A DNA stretch of 64,000 nucleotides from positions 1 through 64,000 of IMG/VR virus record IMGVR_UViG_3300035190_001334; one strand, 5' to 3'. Every line of letters starts with the position of its first letter. The first letter of the stretch is position 1. The position numbers and the translations under genes were made by a program. This DNA comes from a virus. Below, one piece after another: positions 1 through 10,107 of this stretch. The notes beneath the pieces were generated by a model, which ran no database searches, had not been told where the DNA came from, and was given only the letters and a program-made list of their open reading frames with translations.

Positions 1-1
1 T

Positions 2-742
2 CCATTTGAGGGTGGGGCAGAATTAGCTAAGGCAATGATTGCTGCAAAACCAAATGACTTGCACTCTCTTAATGCTAAAAAACTCGGTATCAGTAGAGAT
101 GATGCAAAAAGTTTTAGCTACGCCTGTCTATATGGCGCTCAACCTGCCAAACTTGCAAAGATGTTGTCTATACCCTTAAGCAAGGCGAAACAACTCTACG
201 CCGATTTCTGGGATGGTATGCCAGCACTTAAGGCACTCAAAGAAAAACTTGAGAGATACTGGGAAAAATCTGGTAAACAATATATTCTGGGATTAGATGG
301 TCGTCGCATCTATACAAGAAGCAAGCACTCTCTTTTGAACGCAATGTTTCAAAGTGGTGGTGTGATTGCAACAAAATACACTACACTGTTTATGATGCAG
401 AGTTTTGAAGAACAAGGATATTGCACTGACCCATTCATAGGCAGACCTGATATATGCCCAATGATAGAGTACCACGATGAGGTTCAGCTATTAATCAGGA
501 AAGGTTTAGTAGAAATTCGTAATTTTGAGACTAAAGAATTAGCTGACCAGTTTATAGCTTCTTGGGATGGTGAGCAACTAAGCCCTAGTGCTGAAGGTAA
601 AAAAGGTCACTACGTTGCAATGCCTAGCCCTGTATCTATAACCGTCAAAGAATCTATACAAAAGGCAGTGGAAACATTAAAAATGAGAGTAAATCTTGGG
701 TTTGAGTATAAGCTCCATCGTACATGGGCTGGTTGCCACTAG
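2..742 (+). CDS. Family A (T7-like) DNA polymerase, C-terminal part (5' end outside window)
   Basis: DLHSLNA, motif B RDDAKSFSYACLYGA, NAMFQSGG, motif C YHDEVQ; frame open from window start. Confidence 0.93.
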   Translation, partial: PFEGGAELAKAMIAAKPNDLHSLNAKKLGISRDDAKSFSYACLYGAQPAKLAKMLSIPLSKAKQLYADFWDGMPALKALKEKLERYWEKSGKQYILGLDGRRIYTRSKHSLLNAMFQSGGVIATKYTTLFMMQSFEEQGYCTDPFIGRPDICPMIEYHDEVQLLIRKGLVEIRNFETKELADQFIASWDGEQLSPSAEGKKGHYVAMPSPVSITVKESIQKAVETLKMRVNLGFEYKLHRTWAGCH

Positions 743-744
743 GT

Positions 745-1743
745 ATGAAAAGATTTACCCCGTCTGAATTTATCTCTAAAGCATCGAGTAGGCACAATAA
801 CAGCTACGATTATTCTTTAGTCGATTATAAGAATACAAAAACTCCTATAACCATATTTTGTAAAACCCACAATACAAAATTTGTAACTACTCCAATGTCC
901 CACCTCAACGGTACAAGATGCCCGATTTGCGTGAGAGAAATCCCTCATACAACTGACAGACTTACTCACAAATTGTTTATGAGCAAATTGCTTGATGTAA
1001 ACAAAGGTAAGTTAAATTTCGAGGTGTTAAGCAGATGTCAAGGCGCAGATACCAAAATCACTTTGCAAGATAAGTACGGAACTTACGAAATCCTTGCTAG
1101 GGTGCTGCTTAGAGGCGCTCAGCCATCACTTATTTCTGCCACTGATAAGACAGCTAATGTGATAAATAGGTTCAAAGAAGTACATGGAGAAATTTACGAT
1201 TACAGTAAATATAAGTTCACTAATGCTAGAACCATGTCTACAGTTGTTTGTAAGTTGCATGATGAGGAGTTTGAAATCAATCCTAACGGTCATTTATCTG
1301 GTAATGGTTGCCCTATTTGCAGGTATGAAAAAGTTGCGGTAATAAATGCAGAAACTTCGACTGGTTGGGGATTGTCCCGATGGTCTGAAGTAGCAACTAC
1401 GTCAAAAACTTTTGATTCATTTAAGTTATATTTCTTAAAACTATCTGATGACAAAGAATCGTTTTATAAAATAGGTAGGACGTATAGAAAGTTGTCTGAG
1501 CGTACTTACAGATTACCCTACACTTGCGAAACACTGCAACTACTAGAACATAGTGACCCCAAGATTATCTTTGACCTAGAGGCGCATTTAAAGCGCACCT
1601 TTAAGATACACAAATACACACCACTAAAGAAATTTAATGGTATGGGAGAATGTTTCCAATTCGATGACCCTACAATACAATCCGTCTTGCGAGAGATGAC
1701 ACTCCCAAGCCCTTCCGACATAATACCCACATCAACTAAGTGA
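745..1743 (+). CDS. Free-standing homing endonuclease-like protein (repeated YDYS/CxxH/CPxC zinc modules plus C-terminal GIY-YIG-like domain)
   Basis: Two YDYS..Y..CxxH..H.NG.xCPxC repeats; LYFLKL...FYKIGRT; immediately after the polymerase; ATG 745 preferred over 724. Confidence 0.75.
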   Translation: MKRFTPSEFISKASSRHNNSYDYSLVDYKNTKTPITIFCKTHNTKFVTTPMSHLNGTRCPICVREIPHTTDRLTHKLFMSKLLDVNKGKLNFEVLSRCQGADTKITLQDKYGTYEILARVLLRGAQPSLISATDKTANVINRFKEVHGEIYDYSKYKFTNARTMSTVVCKLHDEEFEINPNGHLSGNGCPICRYEKVAVINAETSTGWGLSRWSEVATTSKTFDSFKLYFLKLSDDKESFYKIGRTYRKLSERTYRLPYTCETLQLLEHSDPKIIFDLEAHLKRTFKIHKYTPLKKFNGMGECFQFDDPTIQSVLREMTLPSPSDIIPTSTK

Positions 1744-2642
1744 CACACATGACTAACCAATTCATCAAACCACACATGACATTCCTAACTGAAGCCAAAC
1801 GAATCCTCTCCGAGTTTGTATCTGAAACTCGCGAATCTCTTCATTACGTTAAAACGGAGCTTCTTCGTCAGTACCACCTCTCAATCATCAAGGAAATCAA
1901 GGAAACGTATCCCACAACTTACCCGTATATCGATACGGTCTACAAGATTGTCGATGGATTGGCTCAAGATGACGCACCTGACACAACTTATTTTCGCGTA
2001 GTAGCGAAAGACACTCAAAGCAATTCAGCAGCCTCCCCAGTAAGTAAACTCGAAAATGGTGTGGTGACAACTATCGCCAACTCAATCATTGTGTGGGATT
2101 CAGGATTCGCGGATACAGTATATTCTGTAGGTGTCGTACTTGCCAAGGAAGGGGATTCTTACCGTATCTTGGATTATATTCGTGACAAGCTCGAAATTAT
2201 TGGACAGCTACAGGAAATCCGTAACTTTGCATCAAAATACCCTGAAGCTAAAGTAGGGATTGTTCCACAAGCTAACGGTGCAGCTATTCTTCGCTTGCTG
2301 CAATCTGAATTTCCAGACATTATAGAGGCAAAACTTGCTCTAGGGGATAGAACTAAAGTAGAACAAGCTATTATGGAACGCAAGCTGTTGACTGTACCTC
2401 CTAGTTTCAATGAGTTTGACGAGTGGAAACGTATTGTGAATTGGGGTATCGGCTATCTGGCTATTGACAGCCTTACGAACGTCGACCTTACGAACTTGAA
2501 AGAAGGCGACCGCTTAACAAATCGCTGGGGTAACGACTCAGCATTTGAAACACCAGAAGAAACTGAGTTCTTCAATAGCAAAATTGCCAACGATGGACTT
2601 AACGAGCCTGACTATCCCTACGATACGGAGCCAAGCGCATGA
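1740..2642 (+). CDS. Protein containing a degenerate terminase large-subunit RNase H-like nuclease domain
   Basis: IVWDSGF..YSVGVV...YRILDYIRDKL...YPEAKVGIVPQANGAAIL resembles the TerL C-terminal pattern WD.A..DYSVG..Y.LD..R.K..IE.KANG; no ATPase part. Confidence 0.55.
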   Translation: MTHMTNQFIKPHMTFLTEAKRILSEFVSETRESLHYVKTELLRQYHLSIIKEIKETYPTTYPYIDTVYKIVDGLAQDDAPDTTYFRVVAKDTQSNSAASPVSKLENGVVTTIANSIIVWDSGFADTVYSVGVVLAKEGDSYRILDYIRDKLEIIGQLQEIRNFASKYPEAKVGIVPQANGAAILRLLQSEFPDIIEAKLALGDRTKVEQAIMERKLLTVPPSFNEFDEWKRIVNWGIGYLAIDSLTNVDLTNLKEGDRLTNRWGNDSAFETPEETEFFNSKIANDGLNEPDYPYDTEPSA

Positions 2643-3155
2643 TAATGTTCCACTGGAGAAGACGCGAAGGTAACTGGGAAAAAGATAACACTGGACTTAT
2701 CCCCAGTCTCAAGAAGCATTTCTTAGATTCTACTTTCTATTACCATACTTTTAGATGGAGATGGTTTGAATTTACTGTCTACTCTCCCGAAGCCTCAGAG
2801 TATGTTTTGAATAAACTAAACGGAAAAATAAAATAGCATGGAACCTGAAGTAGTAGTCACTTATCACATCTACCCTGAAGGTTGTGATGATTTACATCGT
2901 TTTGTGCTGGTAAGTGAATTTACAGACCCTGACTTAGAGGGTTTTAACGGTATAACTATCAGTTCCCAATACCGTAAAGATACTAATAAGTCGTATAGAA
3001 ATAGATGGACAGATAGCCTAGATTTAGAAGAAGCTAGAGCTTTTTATGATTGTTTAGGTAAAATTCTGGCTAGTAAGGAGGCTCTTGTTCAGGTTGAGGC
3101 TGACGCTGAGGCATCAAGGAACCCAACGCGGGAAGTACCATCGCGGCAGTTGTAA
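2639..3155 (+). CDS. Two small hypothetical proteins (2639-2836, 2838-3155)
   Basis: Tightly coupled ORFs in the + strand operon. Confidence 0.6.
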
Positions 3156-3456
3156 GTCCTCCGACCCAAGGCGCTGCTGCACCAATCGCTTTACCTCCAT
3201 AGTGCTTTGCTTTTCCGACTACACCAAGTCCCGCAACTCTTTTTGCTTCTGCTGCTGCTGCTCTCTTAGCTTGTACACCAGCTTGTGCATTCTGTGTGGC
3301 GGTATTCTGTCTGTTACTATCGAAGGCTTGCCTTTGTTGAGCTTTCATTTGGTCATACTGAGTACGGTCGCCAGTTTTTTTAGCTTTTTCGTATGCTTGC
3401 CGATTAAGGTTGCCTAATTCAGTGTCGCCAAGGGCAAAATTTGCAAAGTGTTGCAT
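3070..3456 (-). CDS. Basic Gly/Ala-rich protein of the ANF-motif family (possible internal virion protein)
   Basis: Starts MQHFANF; C-terminal Gly-zipper/hydrophobic segment; motif shared with three other ORFs. Confidence 0.7.
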   Translation of the reverse strand: MQHFANFALGDTELGNLNRQAYEKAKKTGDRTQYDQMKAQQRQAFDSNRQNTATQNAQAGVQAKRAAAAEAKRVAGLGVVGKAKHYGGKAIGAAAPWVGGLTTAAMVLPALGSLMPQRQPQPEQEPPY

Positions 3457-3506
3457 ATTCTCTTTTCTGTGTTACTATATTCAACAATTCTACCATCTAC
3501 AAACAT

Positions 3507-3984
3507 ATGCTAGCATCCCCACCCCCCGATGAGCCTATCCACAATTTTGACTTTTCCCTACTAAGTAAGCGCATCGCTGAAGTAAAGGACGCGAACGCCA
3601 CAATGTCTCAAAAGCAACTCGCCAAATCTTTCATTAAAAACAGTATCTTACCTGTTCTAAATACCCCTCAAATCTACCAGATGCTTCAAAACCCTGCATT
3701 TGTAGACCAATTTACAGAATTACTCCTCGGATTCCTTATTACTGCACCTAAAGTTGCACCTCCTAAGCCCAATGAGCTATAAAATAATCTGCTCTTATCG
3801 AGGCACACCGATGAAATCGACAGTCGGACTACCAATTGGCGTTCGACTGTTTCCTCCAGATGCAAATTACTCATACAGCCGCGTGGAAATTGAAACAAAA
3901 ACGCAGTTGACACCTGAACAAGAAACGAAGTTGTTCAAAATACTTGAGAATTGGTTCTTACAACTGAAAAAAGAGTCTGCATAA
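3507..3984 (+). CDS. Two small hypothetical proteins (3507-3782, 3811-3984)
   Basis: ATG-started ORFs upstream of nrdA. Confidence 0.55.
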
Positions 3985-3988
3985 ATGC

Positions 3989-4018
3989 TTGCAGAAAAGA
4001 AAGTTTCGATGCTACACT
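3989..4018 (+). promoter_or_regulatory. Sigma70-type promoter of nrdAB
   Basis: TTGCAG-N18-TACACT with extended TGn, in the intergenic gap. Confidence 0.55.
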
Positions 4019-4045
4019 AGATAAACCAAAACGACAAAAGACATA

Positions 4046-6289
4046 ATGCAAGTAACAAAACTCGACGGCTCGTTGCAAAATCTTGACTACCAAAAGATTC
4101 ACGCAATGGTTGAAATCTGTGCGGCTGGAATCGAAAATGTAAGTGTTTCAGACGTAATCATGGGCGCGAAACTTAACTTCTACGATGGCATCTCAACTCA
4201 AGACATTCAGACTGCACTAGTGAAAAGCGCTGAGAACTTGATGACTGCGCGTAACCCAAATTATTCACTGCTTGCTGGGCGTTTACTTCTTACTCAACTT
4301 CGTAAACAGGTGTGGGGCGAGTGGTCAGTACCCCATCTTTCGGACGTAGTTTTTGCCAATACTTTGCGCGGATTTTATGATGAGGAGCTACAAGGATTTT
4401 ACTCTGCTGAGGAGTGGAATGAACTTAACGACTACATCAATCACGACCGAGACTTAGATTACACTTCCGCTAGTATTCAGCAATTCAAAGACAAGTACAG
4501 CGTCAAGAATCGCGTCACTGGACAGATTTACGAGACTCCACAAGTAGCTTATATGCTCATTGCTGCTGCTGGGTTTGCTCACGAAGATAAGGCGATTCGG
4601 GTGCAGTTTGTCAAAGATGCCTACGACGCTTTCTCAACTGAAGCTATCTCGCTTGCCACACCTATCCGCGCAGGAATGCGTACAAGCTCCAAGCAATATG
4701 CAAGTTGTGTACTAATTGCGGCAGATGATGACCGTAAATCGATTGCTGCGGCTCAGTCTGCGATGATGGAGTATGTTTGTTTGCGAAGTGGTATTGGTGT
4801 TGACTTTGGAAGATGGAGAGCGCTCAATGCCCCTATCCGCAATGGCTCTGTCAAGCACACTGGAGCAATTGGTTTCCTCAAGTCCTACGAAGCTACAATC
4901 AATGCCTGTAGCCAAGGTGGGGTTCGGAAGGGTAGCGCGACAATGTTTTACCCTATCTGGCACAAGGACGTACTTTCTTTTCTGCCTCTGACGAACGGGA
5001 AGGGAACCGAAGAGACTCGTACTCGCGGATTGGATTACGGAATCGCCACTTCCAAGATTTTCTATGAAAGATTGCAAGATGAGGGGGAAATCTGTTTATT
5101 CGACCCCAACGATTTGAAAGCTAAGTATAACATCTATGAGAACTTCGGACTAGAATCTTTTGATAAATTGTACCTAAAAGCAGAAGTTGACCCTGATATC
5201 CCCAAGACAAGAATCAGTGCGGTAAAACTTTGGACATTGATTGCTCAAGAAAGAGCCGAGACAGGTCAAGTTTATATTCTAAATATTGACCATGCAAATA
5301 GCCACAGTTCTTTTACTGTACACATTTCCCAAAGCAATTTGTGTGTCGAAATAACAGAGCCAACTACACCTTTCTACTCTCTTGATGACCCAAATGGGGA
5401 GATTGCAACCTGTATTCTTGCTGCACTTAATCCTGCAAAAATAAGAAGTCGTTTAGATTACCAGAAATCTTCCCGTATCATTGTCCGTTTTCTTGATAAC
5501 GTTATTGAACATCAAGATTACCCTTTCATCATGGCTGAAAATGGTTCTAAGGCTCGTCGTTCAATTGGTGTAGGTTTTAATGACTTTGCACATTGGCTGG
5601 CTCTAAATGACTTCAAATGGGGTAGTGACGAGATGCTAGAGGAAGTACACAATCTAGCTGAAATGCACCAGTACTACTTACTTAAAGCTAGTAATGAATT
5701 AGCTATTGAAAAAGGAGCTTGCAGTAAATTCAATGAAACCAAGTACTCGAAAGGCATTCTCCCAATCGACACCTATTATAAAAATGTAGATAGCTTGGCG
5801 GCTCCTATTTATGTATATGACTGGGAGGCACTTCGAGCATCTATTTTAGAACACGGTCTTCGTAATAGCACTCTCACCGCGCAAATGCCTTGTGAGAGCA
5901 GTAGTTTGACGGGAAGTGGCTCTACAAACGGCATCGAGCCTCCACGTTCAGCTATTGGCATCAAAGATAGCAGCACCAACACACTCAAGTTCGCTATCCC
6001 TGATGTAGATAAAGTTGAGTATGAATATGCTTGGTCTTTCTCTTCTAACGAAGCTTACCTGAACACTGTCGCAGTCATTCAGAAGTTCTTTGACCAGTCC
6101 ATTAGTGCAAACACCTATTACAATCCTCTTCTGTACCCAGATTCAAAAGTACCTCTTCAGGTAGTTCTCGATGACCTCATTTATGCTTATAGTATTGGTC
6201 TGAAGAGTTTGTATTATCACAACACTCACGATATGTCCGACAACGGATTATCTTCTTCTTCTTGCAGTTCTGGAGCTTGTGCATTGTAA
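4046..6289 (+). CDS. nrdA: Class Ia ribonucleotide reductase alpha subunit
   Basis: N-terminal ATP cone (VTKLDGS), ETPQ, ASCVL, SNLCVEI, GLRNSTLTAQMP, KSLYY, C-terminal CSSGAC. Confidence 0.97.
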   Translation: MQVTKLDGSLQNLDYQKIHAMVEICAAGIENVSVSDVIMGAKLNFYDGISTQDIQTALVKSAENLMTARNPNYSLLAGRLLLTQLRKQVWGEWSVPHLSDVVFANTLRGFYDEELQGFYSAEEWNELNDYINHDRDLDYTSASIQQFKDKYSVKNRVTGQIYETPQVAYMLIAAAGFAHEDKAIRVQFVKDAYDAFSTEAISLATPIRAGMRTSSKQYASCVLIAADDDRKSIAAAQSAMMEYVCLRSGIGVDFGRWRALNAPIRNGSVKHTGAIGFLKSYEATINACSQGGVRKGSATMFYPIWHKDVLSFLPLTNGKGTEETRTRGLDYGIATSKIFYERLQDEGEICLFDPNDLKAKYNIYENFGLESFDKLYLKAEVDPDIPKTRISAVKLWTLIAQERAETGQVYILNIDHANSHSSFTVHISQSNLCVEITEPTTPFYSLDDPNGEIATCILAALNPAKIRSRLDYQKSSRIIVRFLDNVIEHQDYPFIMAENGSKARRSIGVGFNDFAHWLALNDFKWGSDEMLEEVHNLAEMHQYYLLKASNELAIEKGACSKFNETKYSKGILPIDTYYKNVDSLAAPIYVYDWEALRASILEHGLRNSTLTAQMPCESSSLTGSGSTNGIEPPRSAIGIKDSSTNTLKFAIPDVDKVEYEYAWSFSSNEAYLNTVAVIQKFFDQSISANTYYNPLLYPDSKVPLQVVLDDLIYAYSIGLKSLYYHNTHDMSDNGLSSSSCSSGACAL

Positions 6290-6292
6290 TTT

Positions 6293-7411
6293 ATGAAAGT
6301 CATTAACTTTGAGAAACAAAATCAAATCCAACCCCTCTTTTTGGGGGAAAATCTCGGTGTTCAGAAGTACCTCACACCACAGCACCCTAAGCTCGAAGCA
6401 TTGACCGTTCGCCAAATGGAATATTTCTGGCGACCCGAACGCCATGCAGCTAACATCGCTCAAGATAATCTTGACTACCCTAACTTAACCGAAGCCGAGC
6501 GTCACGTATTTCTTTCTAACATTCAATATCAGATTGTTCTTGACACTATTCAAGGTCGAGCAATTATCCCTGCACTCATGCCTTTTGTAAGTTGTGATGA
6601 ACTTGAATCTTGCATCACTGCTTGGCAATTCTTCGAGAACATTCATAGTCGCAGCTATTCTTTTATTCTCAAGAACGTGCTTCCACAGCCCGAAGATATT
6701 TTCGACGGTATTGATAAGGTTGAAGAGATTATTGCACGGTCTAACGACATTTGTACTCAGTACGAAGAACTTATTGGCTTTGCAAACAAATATTCCCTTA
6801 ATGATGGGCATGAGTTTGGTGCTTTTCTAGACAGATTAAAGCGCTCTATCTACCTAACCCTCATTTCTATCAACATTCTTGAAGGTGTTCGTTTTTACAA
6901 TTCATTTGCTTGCTCGTTTGCACTTGCAGAAAACAACAAGATGCTCGGTACTGGCAAGATTCTCAGTGAAATTGCGAGAGATGAAGCCTTGCATCTAAAT
7001 ATTACACAGTATTTAGTTAATTTTCTTAACTCAGACCCAGATTGGCAGCACATTGCTCAAGACCCAAAGATTCGCGCTCAAGTTGAAAGTATGTATCGCT
7101 CAGCCGTACAGCAAGAGGAAGACTGGGCAAAATACCTCTTTAGTAAGGGTTGCCTTTTAGGGCTTAATGAAGCTATACTGAGCGAGTTCATACGCTGGAT
7201 TTGCAATGTGCGTACAGATGTCATTGGATATGGCAAGTTGTACCCCGAATCGAAGTCTAACCCGATAACTTGGATTCTACGTCACCTTGGAGGTGCAGAG
7301 ACTCAATCTGCACTGCAAGAGACAGTCACCAATACTTATCTCGAAGGTGGTGGACTTGACCTCACCAAGCCATTAGATTTCAGTTCTAAAAAGAGGAAAT
7401 TTTCACTATGA
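6293..7411 (+). CDS. nrdB: Class Ia ribonucleotide reductase beta subunit
   Basis: FWRPE, LDTIQGR, ENIHSRSY, LEGVRFYNSF, IARDEALH. Confidence 0.97.
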   Translation: MKVINFEKQNQIQPLFLGENLGVQKYLTPQHPKLEALTVRQMEYFWRPERHAANIAQDNLDYPNLTEAERHVFLSNIQYQIVLDTIQGRAIIPALMPFVSCDELESCITAWQFFENIHSRSYSFILKNVLPQPEDIFDGIDKVEEIIARSNDICTQYEELIGFANKYSLNDGHEFGAFLDRLKRSIYLTLISINILEGVRFYNSFACSFALAENNKMLGTGKILSEIARDEALHLNITQYLVNFLNSDPDWQHIAQDPKIRAQVESMYRSAVQQEEDWAKYLFSKGCLLGLNEAILSEFIRWICNVRTDVIGYGKLYPESKSNPITWILRHLGGAETQSALQETVTNTYLEGGGLDLTKPLDFSSKKRKFSL

Positions 7412-8210
7412 GATTCTTCAACTATCGCTTTCACCAGATTCACGGCATCTCCAAAGCTAATTGGAATCCGTACACAATGACTGACTGGAAGCAACAAGGT
7501 CTTCCATTTATCGATTTTGGTACTCGCATTGATTTTGGGCAACATCATCCTGAATGTTTTCCTGACTATAACCAAGTACGACTTCGAGTTGGCAATTGGC
7601 GACTGACACTTCATTTTCATTTTGTAAACTGCGAGTTTGACGAACCTGTATGGGGCATATCAGAAACACAAAAGATGCTTTCATACTGGAAAACCTATAA
7701 AAATTCTGGCTGGTCGATTGAGGACATTAGGCAGGGTATTTCACTCTGGGATAGTCCTATGGTAACTACCGAAAAAGTCATTGAAAACATTAAGCGACTC
7801 ACAAGTAAATAGTATGGAACTAACACTAGAAGACCTCAAGAAGCACGTAGAGAAATACTACGAAGTAAATGGTAAGTATCCTAGTAACATTCGTCTAGCG
7901 AAGAAGTTGAAGACTGGGAATGGCTTTCAAGCATATTGTACAGAAAAAGGTATTAAGGTGAGTTATGTCTAGTAGGGTAGTGTCGCTAGAAGATAAGACC
8001 AGTGAAACCTATTTTGTTCTAGAAAAGTATCGTCTCTGCGAGGATTACCAGATTAACCCTTGGTCAGCTTGGGGGTTAAGCCTCGAAGCTGCAAGAGAAC
8101 TCATTGAGAAAGAGCAAGCTTACGACCCGAAAATTGTCCCACAACGTAAGTGGCGCATTGTCAAGCAAACCATTGTAACTACCCACGAAATTATCGAGAG
8201 CTATGATTGA
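7408..8210 (+). CDS. Three small hypothetical proteins (7408-7812, 7814-7972, 7965-8210)
   Basis: Overlapping or adjacent start/stop coupling. Confidence 0.6.
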
Positions 8211-8694
8211 CCCAAAAGAAGATGGTAAGACTCATATTAATATTTGGGCAAAGGGGGCAACTTTTATTGGCAAGTTTCTAGCTCCTCGCACTCTTTGTGA
8301 ATTAAATATGCCCGAAGGAAGATTCCTATGTGTAGCTGCATACTGGTATCATCTAACTTGCAAAGAAGACAGCCGCCTGAGTCGTGTTTACGATTGGGAA
8401 ACTGAACTTCTTGCTACCCAACTTTCGCCTCTACCTAAAAAACAACAACTTCCACCAACGGAGTTACAAGCGAAGCTGGAAAAAGCCATCGACCAAAAAA
8501 TCAAGTGGAGCGAATACTGGCAAGAAGAGTTCACGGACTCAACACTTCCTTTTCTGCAATATCATCTCGATGCTGAAGGTAATGTAGTTGACGAGAGTAG
8601 GAAATATCGGTGGCTGTTAAATCACCTCGAAGCAAGACGTACACTATTACAACAGAGGAGAGACAATGCAAATCTTATCAGCGAATGCGGTTAG
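8203..8694 (+). CDS. NADAR-like large-phage protein (divergent)
   Basis: DGKTHINIWAKG.T.IGKFL and F.CV..YWY resemble the DG..HIN.YS.G.T.LG..L / F.S.E.YW family of large phages. Confidence 0.4.
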   Translation: MIDPKEDGKTHINIWAKGATFIGKFLAPRTLCELNMPEGRFLCVAAYWYHLTCKEDSRLSRVYDWETELLATQLSPLPKKQQLPPTELQAKLEKAIDQKIKWSEYWQEEFTDSTLPFLQYHLDAEGNVVDESRKYRWLLNHLEARRTLLQQRRDNANLISECG

Positions 8695-9090
8695 AGCTAT
8701 ACCCAAACTTGAAATTAAAGACAGAATCAATAACCTAGAATATTTGTCTGCTTTATTCTTTCAATTACAGAGTGAAGGGCAAAATAGCGTTATCTACTCT
8801 ACTCTAGAAGGTGAATATCTTTTAGATGAAACTAGAGTTCGCTTAAAAGAGTTAGGCTACACTGTCAAAAATTCAGGAGTTGTCTACGTTTCTGGCAATC
8901 CTATTTATGAAATAGGTTGGAGTGAAACAACATGATAGTTTACGCAGTTTGGCGACAACAACGCAGTTACCACTACCCTGAATTAGTTGAAATTTTTCTA
9001 TCTAGACCATCAGCCGAAGCTTATGTAAAAGAGAAAAAAGAAGACTACGACTTAGACCACACTATTCAAGAACGAGAAGCAAAACCATGA
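8666..9090 (+). CDS. Two small hypothetical proteins (8666-8935; 8932-9090, not in track)
   Basis: ATGA overlaps chain them into thyA. Confidence 0.6.
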
Positions 9091-10028
9091 CAACTGCTAA
9101 CTACACTTCCGCCGACCTCACTTACGCTTTTTTACTACAAGATATTCTACGCCTCAACAACGTAGTCGAAACTCGCAACCATTCGTGCTACTGCAATCCA
9201 TTTCTCGATAACGTCACCTTCGACTCCCTACCACTAATTACCGTCCGTAAGACAACTTGGAAACTTGCATTGACTGAGATGGAGTGGTTCATGTCGGGTA
9301 GTCTCAAATGCCCTGAGAAGTTATCTAAGTGGTGGGCTGGTCAACTCGATGAAAATGGCTGTTATGGCGATGGTTACAGTTATCAGTTCAGAAATTCTTC
9401 CTATGGTTTGGATGAGCAAACTGGATATGCAATGGGAAGTCCTCTCGGCAGGTTTGACCAAATCGCTTATATTCTCGACGGTCTAAAAAATCACCAACAC
9501 TCTCGCCGTTTAGTTATGACATCTTGGAATACAGGTGAGATGGCTGAAATCACGAAGACCAACAACAACCCTCAAACTCCGTCCTGCTGCCACAGTACAG
9601 TGCTTCAGTTTTTTGTCGTCAACGGTGAGTTACATATCAAACACTACGCCAGAAGTCAAGATATGTTACTTGGTTTTCAGGCAAATATCGTACAGTACTG
9701 GGCTTTGCTCACTTACTTCGCTTTCCACAGCAATCTAAAAGTTGGCTCACTTACTTGGGTATTTGGTGATGCTCATATCTACAACGAAGAATCTCACATC
9801 AAAGCTGCTAGTGATATTATTCGTTTCGGTTTGTTAGCTGTACGGGTTAGGTCTTCGGGACTCTCTTCTCTCACAACTCCACCCAATCCAGAAATTAAAC
9901 TCAAACTCGTCTACAACTACTCTGGCGAACTTGACGCATTCGGCACACCTCGCTTTGCTGCTGCCGACTTCACTATCGAAGGTGAGATTCCTAAGCCAAC
10001 TGTGTTGACTAAACCCAAATTACTATAA
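9087..10028 (+). CDS. thyA: Thymidylate synthase
   Basis: PLITVRK, EMEWF, YSYQFR, DQI, SRRLV..WN, PSCCH, RSQD, N(IVQY), GDAHIY. Confidence 0.93.
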   Translation: MTTANYTSADLTYAFLLQDILRLNNVVETRNHSCYCNPFLDNVTFDSLPLITVRKTTWKLALTEMEWFMSGSLKCPEKLSKWWAGQLDENGCYGDGYSYQFRNSSYGLDEQTGYAMGSPLGRFDQIAYILDGLKNHQHSRRLVMTSWNTGEMAEITKTNNNPQTPSCCHSTVLQFFVVNGELHIKHYARSQDMLLGFQANIVQYWALLTYFAFHSNLKVGSLTWVFGDAHIYNEESHIKAASDIIRFGLLAVRVRSSGLSSLTTPPNPEIKLKLVYNYSGELDAFGTPRFAAADFTIEGEIPKPTVLTKPKLL

Positions 10029-10029
10029 T

Positions 10030-10096
10030 CTATTCCTTTAGATAGATGAACTACTCCTTTAGATAGTGTTACTTTGAAATGAGTACTCTATCTAAA
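10030..10096 (+). repeat. 16-bp direct repeat plus hairpin after thyA
   Basis: CTA(T/C)TCCTTTAGATAG at 10030 and 10051; TTTAGATAG (10058) is inverted as CTATCTAAA (10088). Confidence 0.7.
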
Positions 10097-10107
10097 TTTT
10101 CATATTT

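Noticed and set aside
3085-3417. Cys-rich + strand ORF as a RiPP or metal-binding peptide
   Set aside because: It is the antisense shadow of Ala/Gln codons of the - strand ANF gene.
2-10028. Introns or inteins in the polymerase, nrdA, nrdB or thyA
   Set aside because: ORFs are continuous and of normal size; the endonuclease at 745 follows a complete polymerase C-terminus.
9087-10028. dCMP hydroxymethylase (modified-base system)
   Set aside because: The specificity residue is Asn (QANIVQY), as in dUMP-using enzymes, and no base-modification partners were recognised nearby.
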